Below, in pieces: positions 56,954 through 64,000 of a DNA stretch of 64,000 nt (positions within the stretch are counted from its first letter, which is position 1; every line of letters starts with the position of its first letter). The stretch spans positions 1-64,000 of the forward strand of contig JAOPTX010000038.1 in assembly GCA_051532055.1 (NCBI GenBank), in the 5' to 3' direction. This DNA is from Fibrobacterales bacterium (GTDB taxonomy: Bacteria; Fibrobacterota; Fibrobacteria; Fibrobacterales; JAOPTW01). Both the position numbers and the translations under genes were made by a program. A model generated the notes under the pieces. It had not been told where the DNA came from and ran no database searches. It was given only the letters and a program-made list of their open reading frames with translations.

Positions 56954-58870
56954 TTATCGTGAGTGTATATGTTCTCCCAAAGAACCGGTAATTATCTCAT
57001 CTACAACCAGTGGGTCAAGAAGAGTTGAGGTGTCGCCAAGGTTACTTGTATCACCTTCGGCAATTTTTTTAAGAATTCTCCTCATAATTTTTCCTGATCG
57101 AGTTTTAGGAAGTCCAGAAACTATCTGAATCCGGTCTGGTTTTGCAATAGGGCCAATAATTTCGCTCACTTTTGCGAGGATTTCGGCTGCAAGTGTTTCT
57201 TCGTTGATATCGACAGAGTCGGCTATGACATAGGCATAGATGCCTTGTCCTTTGATATCATGCGGGAATCCTACAACTGCAGACTCTATAATGGCGCTAT
57301 GTTCATTGATAGCGCTTTCAACTTCGGCAGTGCCCATTCTGTGTCCCGATACATTAATAACATCGTCAACACGACCGGTAATACGGTAATAGCCATCCTC
57401 ATCCCTTTTACAGCCATCTCCTGTAAAATAGAGGCCTTTGTATGTTGAAAAGTAGACCTGTTTACACCGTTCATGGTCACCATAGGTTGTTCTAATCATA
57501 GAAGGCCAGGGGAACTTTATACAGAGATTACCTGTAACATTGTTGCCGGTAATCTCATTGCCTTCGCCATCTACTAATATTGGCTGAACGCCCGGTAGGG
57601 GAAGGGTTGCATAGGTTGGTTTCTCACTGGTGATTCCCGCAATAGGGGTGATCATAAATCCACCCGTTTCAGTTTGCCACCATGTATCTACAATAGGGCA
57701 CCGCTTATTACCAATGTTATCGTGATACCAGTTCCATGCTTCAAGGTTGATAGGCTCTCCTACGGAGCCAAGTACTTTAAGGTTACTGAGGTCATGCTTT
57801 TTAACATAATCAAGGCCATGGGCTTCAAGTGCTCGAATTGCTGTTGGGGCAGTATAAAAAATGTCTACCGCATGCTTTTCACACACCTCCCAAAATCGAC
57901 CTGCATCAGGATAGGTGGGGATGCCTTCAAACATCATAGTGGTTGCACCAGCAAGGAGTGGCCCATAAATTATATAGGAGTGGCCAGTAATCCAGCCAAT
58001 ATCGGCTGTGCACCAAAAAACCTGCCCCTCTTTATATTGAAAGGTATTACGGAAGGTGTAGTCGGCGTAAACCATGTAGCCACCAGTGGTGTGTACGACT
58101 CCTTTGGGTTGACCTGTAGAGCCTGAAGTGTAAAGGATGAAGAGCATGTCTTCTGAATCCATAACCTCTGCAGCACAGGTTTTAGCTACATACTGAATTT
58201 CATCATGCCACCAGTGGTCTCTATCCACAGTCATTGAAACAGGGTCGCCAGTACGTTGATATACAATACATGATACTACTGTTGGGCAGGTTTTTAATGC
58301 TTCATCAACAATGTTCTTGAGGGGTATTGGTTTTGCCCCTCGGTGAGCACCATCCGCTGTAATAACAATTTTTGCCGCAGCATCATTAACTCTGTCAGAG
58401 AGGGCATTTGAAGAAAAGCCTGCAAATACTACTGAATGCACCGCTCCGATACGGGCTGTAGCAAGACAGGCGATTGCGAGCTCAGGAACCATTGGCATAT
58501 AGAGGCAGACACGGTCCCCTTTTTCTACTCCATGGGCCTTCAGTACGTTTGCAAACTGACAGACGCGTTCATGGAGTTCGCCATAGGTTATGCTAATCGA
58601 AGCTTCAGTGGGGTCATTAGGTTCCCAAAGTATTGCAGTTTGATTTCTTCGACTGAGAAGGTGGCGGTCAAGGCAGTTTTCGGTAATGTTAAGTTTGCCA
58701 TTGATAAACCATTCAGCATGCGCCTCTTTAAAGTCCCATTTAAGAATTGAGTCCCAGCGTTTTTTCCAAGTGAATTTTTCAGCCTTTTCTTCCCAGAAAG
58801 CCTCTGGGGTTTGAACGCTTTTTTGGTATTCGCGGGTGTAATCTTCAAATGAGGTGATGTCAAGTGCCAT
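56954..58870 (-). CDS. acs: Acetyl-coenzyme A synthetase
   Basis: [45 protein letters not shown]. Confidence 0.97.
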   Translation of the reverse strand: MALDITSFEDYTREYQKSVQTPEAFWEEKAEKFTWKKRWDSILKWDFKEAHAEWFINGKLNITENCLDRHLLSRRNQTAILWEPNDPTEASISITYGELHERVCQFANVLKAHGVEKGDRVCLYMPMVPELAIACLATARIGAVHSVVFAGFSSNALSDRVNDAAAKIVITADGAHRGAKPIPLKNIVDEALKTCPTVVSCIVYQRTGDPVSMTVDRDHWWHDEIQYVAKTCAAEVMDSEDMLFILYTSGSTGQPKGVVHTTGGYMVYADYTFRNTFQYKEGQVFWCTADIGWITGHSYIIYGPLLAGATTMMFEGIPTYPDAGRFWEVCEKHAVDIFYTAPTAIRALEAHGLDYVKKHDLSNLKVLGSVGEPINLEAWNWYHDNIGNKRCPIVDTWWQTETGGFMITPIAGITSEKPTYATLPLPGVQPILVDGEGNEITGNNVTGNLCIKFPWPSMIRTTYGDHERCKQVYFSTYKGLYFTGDGCKRDEDGYYRITGRVDDVINVSGHRMGTAEVESAINEHSAIIESAVVGFPHDIKGQGIYAYVIADSVDINEETLAAEILAKVSEIIGPIAKPDRIQIVSGLPKTRSGKIMRRILKKIAEGDTSNLGDTSTLLDPLVVDEIITGSLGEHIHSR

Positions 58871-58916
58871 AGATATGCCTTACACAGTTTTGGGAACATC
58901 TAATGAATGTAGTTTT

Positions 58917-58930
58917 GTAACATGTGTTAC
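58917..58930. promoter_or_regulatory. Palindromic GTA-N8-TAC operator upstream of acs
   Basis: GTAACA-TG-TGTTAC beside a minus-strand -10-like TACATT (58911-58906). Confidence 0.5.
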
Positions 58931-58995
58931 GGTAAGCGGTGGCCTTAAAAGTACAACTATGAATTAAACTTTAAGCTTTTAGTGTAAAGTGGATG

Positions 58996-59032
58996 TAAAA
59001 GAGGGTGTTTCGCTAAAAAACACCCTCTTTTA
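58996..59032 (-). terminator. Intrinsic terminator after the radical SAM gene
   Basis: TAAAAGAGGGTGTTT...AAACACCCTCTTTTA. Confidence 0.8.
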
Positions 59033-59060
59033 ATGAAAATTCAAGCGTGACAAAATCACG

Positions 59061-61613
59061 TTAAAAAACTATGGCACTCTTGCAAATTGAAAGTTCCCGT
59101 GCGTCATCATAAGAAATTTCTAACAGTCCAGAGAATACTGCAAAGGGGCTGATGGCATTGCCATTACTGTTGGTGGTCAATACCACTTCGAGCGCTCCTT
59201 CACTGTTGGTCGAAATTGACTGGATTTCTGGTTGAATAGCAATACGACGCCCTTTATGATTAGTTATGATAGGAAGGGACTGGCTATTAAATCGCGAAAT
59301 AATGTCACTATGATCACAGGGGGTACTGTAGGTATAGGAAATAGTTTGTGCGAAAGCCATCTTTCGATCCAGGCGTTTCTCTATCGAGTGAATTGCAATT
59401 CCTTTAGGGAACATTTTATTGAGTTCGTCAATGTAAGCTTCATCTGTTGGAATCTCTTGAGTGAACTCGATAATTACAAATTCACAATGGGAGTGGAGGC
59501 CAAGGGGAAGTGCACCACCATTTTGAATTTTTGGTCGTTGATTGTACCCTTTTGAATACCGGAGAGGAGCATCGACTCGCATAAATGCTTTTTCGATAAA
59601 CTTCATAGTATTTTGGTGGGGTAAAAAGCGTGCAAGGTCGCTCTTATTAAAGAGAACTATGTAACTATGTACATCATCAATCTCTTCTTTTAAGTCCTCA
59701 TGCTTTTTAAGAATTTCTTCTTTTGTCAGTGAAGGAGCACCCGCGTATTTATCAGGAGCAGTGGCCATAACGGTATCATCACCAGTGCCAGGTATACCAC
59801 AACTTTGACAGTTGCCTTCCCATTTGCAGTTAGGTACTTCAGGGGATTCAGGCTCAAACATTTTCTTATACTCACGTTTGAGATAGCCTTTGTTGACACC
59901 GGCATGTATGACATCCCAAGGAAGGAGTTCATCTAAATTTCGTTCGCGCTGTATGTTGGCTACAGGATAATTGTGTTTATCCCATATCTCTTCCCAAGTG
60001 TCGTGATCAAAGAACTCATTAAATGATTCAAAAATTAATCCTCGCTCATACGCCTCATAAATCATAGGGGCAATGGAGCGATCCCCCCTACTATAAAATG
60101 ATTCTAAGTGTGCGGTTTCCCAGCTACTCCAAGAGATTCGGACATTGCGGTTTCTATAAAAGTGATTTTTTACTTTATAGATGCGCTCAAGAGCTTCCTC
60201 TTTGCCAACAAATCCAACCCATTGCATTGGTGTAAAAGTCTTGGGTATAAGGATGCCGATACTTGCATGAATAGAAAAATTCTGTTTGTATTTTCTTCCT
60301 ACAGTGACGAGATTTTCGATGAGTTCAATAAATTCATCCATGTCGTCAATTGTCTCAGTGGGGAGACCAATCATAGTGTAGAGCTTAATATTGTTGTAAT
60401 CGCCACTAAATACATGATGGGCAGCATCAACCATGTTTTGATTGGTAATAGTTTTATTGATCACTTTGCGGAGGCGATCGCTACCGGTTTCGGGGGCAAA
60501 GGTCGCTGATCGACTTGAGCTAATGGCGCTTGTTTTTTCTGCGAGTTCTTTCCCAAATGCATTTACTCTGAGGGAAGGGAGTGACACATCAGTTTTGCTA
60601 AAGTCATCTTCGTTAATCAACACATCAGTGAGGGGTTCAACCTGACTATAATCTGCAGTCGAAAGCGAAAGAAGCCCGAGTTCATTGCAACCAGTAGCTT
60701 TTATGCCTTCTTTTGCAAGATCGACAATGTCATCAGCACCGAGTTCACGTGAAGGCCGATACCAATAGCCTGCTTGACAAAAACGGCACCCTTGGGTACA
60801 GCCGCGCATTACTTCAACAGCATAACGGTCATGGATAGGGCGAATATTGGGAATTAAATTTTTGATGGGGTAGAGTGTTGGATCAAGGCTTTCCATCCAA
60901 GTACGCTTGATCCCTTTATGGTTTTTAAAACCGCGTTGTTGTATATCAACAGGGGCCATCTCGCCTAAAAAGTTTGGTTCCATTGGGATAAGAGAGGGCA
61001 CATAAATACCTTGAATTTCAGAGAGAGCTTTTAAAATGGATTCGCGTTTTTCACCTGCTTTACGCATGGTGCCAACCATTCTAACAATATCAGGAGTCAC
61101 AAGTTCTCCATCACCTATCACAAAAGCGTCATAAAAGTCAGCAACCGGCTCGGGATTTGCCATGGCAGGGCCGCCACCAATTACAAAGGGGTGGCTCTCG
61201 TTGCGATCTTTACTCCAGGCAGGGATGTTTCCGAGCTCTAGTACATAAGGGACATTGGTAAAATTGAGCTCTGTCTGGAGTGAAATGCCGACACAATCAT
61301 ACTCCGCAATACTTCTATAGCTTTGATGGGTGTAAAGCGGAATCTCTTCTCTTCTGAGGAGTTCACTCATGTCTATCCATGGAGCAAAAGAGGTTTCAGC
61401 AAGGAGGTCCTCTTCACGATTCACTACATGGTAGAGTATTTTTAGACCATTATTAGACATGCCCACTTCATAAGTGTCGGGAAAAACAAAGGCAATGGTT
61501 CCACTGCAGGTGTCAAAATCTTTATAGACACTGTTTGCTTCAGATCCGATATATCGGCCGGGATTGTCCACTTGGGAGAGGACTTTTTCAAGTTTTTCGC
61601 GTATTTCTACCAT
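59061..61613 (-). CDS. B12-binding radical SAM protein (TIGR03960-like) fused to DUF2344/TIGR03936-like domain
   Basis: PGRYIGSE, FPDTYEVGMSN, RGCTQGCRFCQ (CxxxCxxC), FAPETGS; C-terminal YSKGYNQRPK...ALPLG. Confidence 0.9.
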   Translation of the reverse strand: MVEIREKLEKVLSQVDNPGRYIGSEANSVYKDFDTCSGTIAFVFPDTYEVGMSNNGLKILYHVVNREEDLLAETSFAPWIDMSELLRREEIPLYTHQSYRSIAEYDCVGISLQTELNFTNVPYVLELGNIPAWSKDRNESHPFVIGGGPAMANPEPVADFYDAFVIGDGELVTPDIVRMVGTMRKAGEKRESILKALSEIQGIYVPSLIPMEPNFLGEMAPVDIQQRGFKNHKGIKRTWMESLDPTLYPIKNLIPNIRPIHDRYAVEVMRGCTQGCRFCQAGYWYRPSRELGADDIVDLAKEGIKATGCNELGLLSLSTADYSQVEPLTDVLINEDDFSKTDVSLPSLRVNAFGKELAEKTSAISSSRSATFAPETGSDRLRKVINKTITNQNMVDAAHHVFSGDYNNIKLYTMIGLPTETIDDMDEFIELIENLVTVGRKYKQNFSIHASIGILIPKTFTPMQWVGFVGKEEALERIYKVKNHFYRNRNVRISWSSWETAHLESFYSRGDRSIAPMIYEAYERGLIFESFNEFFDHDTWEEIWDKHNYPVANIQRERNLDELLPWDVIHAGVNKGYLKREYKKMFEPESPEVPNCKWEGNCQSCGIPGTGDDTVMATAPDKYAGAPSLTKEEILKKHEDLKEEIDDVHSYIVLFNKSDLARFLPHQNTMKFIEKAFMRVDAPLRYSKGYNQRPKIQNGGALPLGLHSHCEFVIIEFTQEIPTDEAYIDELNKMFPKGIAIHSIEKRLDRKMAFAQTISYTYSTPCDHSDIISRFNSQSLPIITNHKGRRIAIQPEIQSISTNSEGALEVVLTTNSNGNAISPFAVFSGLLEISYDDARELSICKSAIVF

Positions 61614-61782
61614 GGAATCTGGGGCTGAATTTTGAGCAAATCTATATTAAGCCTGAGCTTATCGCAATGTATTGGGATGCTTATTTACACAATTTGAGTT
61701 TTTGTTACTAAGTGGGACTCTATAATCTGAGGCATAATATAAAGAGGATGGGTCAAATTACTAAAAAATGATTCATTGCACT

Positions 61783-61809
61783 TAATTTTTTAGGGAGGGG
61801 TGCCGATAG
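61783..61809 (+). promoter_or_regulatory. Sigma28 (FliA)-like promoter
   Basis: TAAT-N15-GCCGATAG versus consensus TAAA-N15-GCCGATAA. Confidence 0.6.
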
Positions 61810-61889
61810 ACTAAAAGGTGGTCAAACGTTTGCGGCCAAACCAAAAATATTATATGTTATAATAGAGAACAAAGGGATGTGTTACTATT

Positions 61890-62207
61890 ATGAGTATTGG
61901 ATACGACAGAGAAGTATTGAATCGTTTGATGAGTGACTCTGCATATCACTATGACATGCATTTTAAAGACTTTGCACGGCTCTATAAACACTATTCTGAA
62001 GAGCCGTTCGATCAAGGACGTGCCATAATAGGATATGGTGGTCAGGCAACTGCACCTCAGGCTGCACCAGAGCTCTCCACAGAAGAAATGTTGGCTGGTG
62101 TTGATGGCACTGCTGATATTCCTACAAGTTCATCCGGTGGTGGCGATGCAGGTGAAGAGCTTCTCGAACAGGCGGATATCGACGCCCTCCTTGCTCAGAT
62201 GCAGTAA
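61890..62207 (+). CDS. Small hypothetical protein with C-terminal QADIDALL motif
   Basis: 105-aa ORF with an AGGGA RBS-like site; C-terminus LLEQADIDALL resembles the FliM/FliY N-terminal LSQxEIDALL peptide. Confidence 0.75.
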   Translation: MSIGYDREVLNRLMSDSAYHYDMHFKDFARLYKHYSEEPFDQGRAIIGYGGQATAPQAAPELSTEEMLAGVDGTADIPTSSSGGGDAGEELLEQADIDALLAQMQ

Positions 62208-62309
62208 TTTTCATTTTAAACGGCGCACTACGGCGTTATATTTCATTCGGTGTACACTAAGGACGCTTTCATAAAACATGCCTTGTACTGCACCATTTAA
62301 ATTGAAAAT
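62207..62309. repeat. ~103-bp imperfect palindrome, ERIC/MITE-like element
   Basis: Left arm ATTTTCATTTTAAACGGCGCACTAC--GGCGT versus reverse complement of right arm ATTTTCAATTTAAATGGTGCAGTACAAGGCAT. Confidence 0.6.
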
Positions 62310-62390
62310 CATATCTATTCGTTGAGTTTTGCTTAGCATTACTTACTTTGCTCTTGTGCTCGGCTTGCTTTACAAACCATTGCATTCTTT

Positions 62391-63509
62391 TTATTTGCAG
62401 CAGCGGAAGCCTACGAATTGGTATTGATTTTGAGGGTAAAAACTGTATTTCGCTTCTTGGCAGGTTGAGGCATCTTTACTTGAGTAGTTGCCTCCAGAGA
62501 CGTAGTAGAAGGATGCTCGTTGTTCATGTGGGGTGGATGTCCACTCCCAGATGTTGCCCGACATATCGTAGTGGCCGTAATATGAACGGCAATCTTTTGC
62601 GTGACCGGATCGTTTTGATTTTGTCTCTGTTGTGACACATTGGGCGGGATTGTAGTCTGACCCATAGGGGTAGTCGGTGTTGAGTTTACCAGAGCATGAG
62701 GTTTGCCACTCTTCCTTACTACAGAGGCGTTTGCTTAATGAGCTACAAAGGGCGCTTGCCTCTTTGTGGGAAACAAAAACTTTTGGGGTTTCGTTGAGAG
62801 TATTTGGCCATTCATACAGATCCATGCAGATTGAGGTCCCATCCTTGAGGGGTACGGGAGACATGTTGTTTGGGCAGGGTGGAATCTTTTGTTTAAACTC
62901 ATAACTACGAGTGATGGTGTCGGAATGATTACCTGCTGAGTCAATTGCAAAGAATGTAAGGGTGCTATTGGTTTCAATGCTTAAAGGAGTATTGAAAGAG
63001 GAGTATTGCTCAGTTGTACTATACATAACACTGCACTTTGATTCACTACAGCGAGCTTTAATACTTATGGGTTCATAGTATCGACCGGTGGGTGGGCTCA
63101 CCTGTATTTTTGGGGCTATGGTGGCAGTTACAATACTCTTTTTTTTCAGGGAACGTTGTATTGCCCTTCGTGCCTTCTTGGCGGCGTTTGCTTTGTTTTG
63201 TGCGTTTTGCGCTTTTAGGACAGAATCCTGAAGTTGCCGAGCTTCTTCTTCAGCAATCTGTTGTCGAAGAATAGAGTCTTGTTTGCGGAGGAATGCTATA
63301 GAGTCAAGGAGAGTTTTTTGTTCTTCGAGCTCAGCAAGAAGCTTTTCTTTTGCCAAGAGTGATGCTTCTGCGGCACTTCGAGCTTCTGCCTCCCCTTTCA
63401 TTTGTGCTAGTTTATATTGCCAAAAAATAAGGAGGAGTAAAATGAGTAATATAAGGAGTGGTATAAGAATGCGTTTTTTGGAACGCTTTTTTGAAGATGC
63501 TGTTGTCAT
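62391..63509 (-). CDS. Membrane-anchored protein: coiled coil, Fn3-associated/CHB_HEX_C-like domain, SUMF1/FGE-like C-type lectin-fold domain
   Basis: N-terminal TM; PPTGRY...FFAIDSAGNHS; CMDLYEWPN, KRLC..EEW, YPYG, YDMSGNIWEW, VGFRCC. Confidence 0.82.
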   Translation of the reverse strand: MTTASSKKRSKKRILIPLLILLILLLLIFWQYKLAQMKGEAEARSAAEASLLAKEKLLAELEEQKTLLDSIAFLRKQDSILRQQIAEEEARQLQDSVLKAQNAQNKANAAKKARRAIQRSLKKKSIVTATIAPKIQVSPPTGRYYEPISIKARCSESKCSVMYSTTEQYSSFNTPLSIETNSTLTFFAIDSAGNHSDTITRSYEFKQKIPPCPNNMSPVPLKDGTSICMDLYEWPNTLNETPKVFVSHKEASALCSSLSKRLCSKEEWQTSCSGKLNTDYPYGSDYNPAQCVTTETKSKRSGHAKDCRSYYGHYDMSGNIWEWTSTPHEQRASFYYVSGGNYSSKDASTCQEAKYSFYPQNQYQFVGFRCCK

Positions 63510-63510
63510 G

Positions 63511-63999
63511 TTACTGGTCCTGAGTCTCTTCGATGATAGCGTGAATTTTTTCTTCTATCTGTTTGCTCGAGATATTGAGAAGAAGTTTGTTGCGGTAGGC
63601 GAGAGAAATATATCCGGTCTCTTCTGAAACAATCACTACTACAGCGTCACTCTCATTAGTGAGTGCTTTAGCTGCTTTGTGTCGCATGCCTACTTTGTTA
63701 GATATTTGGCTATCTTCTTGGATCGTTATAATGGGAAGTGTACAACCTGCTGCACGAATGCGGTCACCGTGGATTATTACGGCGCCATCGTGGAGGGGGG
63801 TGTTAGGAAAAAATATTGTTTTTAGAAGTTGAGATGTTACAGCGGCATTCATTTTTATGCCAGTATCGGTGTAATTTTTGAGCCCCACATTTTGTTCTAT
63901 AACCATGAGAGCACCAAACTTTTTGAGCGAGAGGTCTTCCGCTGTTTCAATGATCTCTTTAATCACATCGTGATAGGTATTTGGGTGAAAAAATATTTT
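63511..63999 (-). CDS. cdaA: Diadenylate cyclase (DisA_N/DAC domain, CdaA-like), 5' truncated
   Basis: GALMVIE, IFFPNTPLHDGAVII, GCTLP, GMRHKAA, VSEETG; frame stays open to the window edge. Confidence 0.9.
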   Translation of the reverse strand, partial: KIFFHPNTYHDVIKEIIETAEDLSLKKFGALMVIEQNVGLKNYTDTGIKMNAAVTSQLLKTIFFPNTPLHDGAVIIHGDRIRAAGCTLPIITIQEDSQISNKVGMRHKAAKALTNESDAVVVIVSEETGYISLAYRNKLLLNISSKQIEEKIHAIIEETQDQ

Positions 64000-64000
64000 A

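Noticed and set aside
921..63627. Numerous short antisense or nested ORFs in the six-frame track
   Set aside because: They overlap well-supported genes and show no recognisable motifs; treated as shadow ORFs.

Overview
AT-rich bacterial chromosome window, most likely Fibrobacterota. This is inferred from a TIGR02147-like HTH protein, a fibro-slime protein, a Fib_succ_major (FISUMP) domain and Ser-rich lipoprotein linkers. Housekeeping genes include an ABC-F ATPase (partial), serS, tsaE, the carboxyspermidine dehydrogenase/decarboxylase pair, queA, a pseudouridine synthase, Ppx/GppA, acs, a B12-binding radical SAM fusion and a diadenylate cyclase (partial). Between them lie a 16.5-kb tandem array of paralogous modular surface lipoproteins (Ig-like + LamG + variable tip), a PadR-led TonB-dependent receptor/Ttp-type energising operon, two apparent pseudo-enzymes of signalling and large secreted proteins. 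I found no rRNA, tRNA, CRISPR array, transposase or reverse transcriptase. The main signals not explained by gene annotation are: (1) strong enrichment of the Bacteroidota O-glycosylation sequon D-(S/T)-(A/I/L/V/M/T) in exported but not cytoplasmic proteins; (2) a recurrent intergenic TGTAA-N9-TTACA operator near surface-protein genes; (3) three promoter-to-terminator units lacking a normal ORF, one with a perfect CRP box at -41.5; (4) a small protein with a sigma28-like promoter that ends in a FliM/CheZ-like CheY-binding peptide; (5) an unlisted 36-aa ORF and an ERIC-like hairpin element. All calls were made by eye from motifs; no database searches were run.
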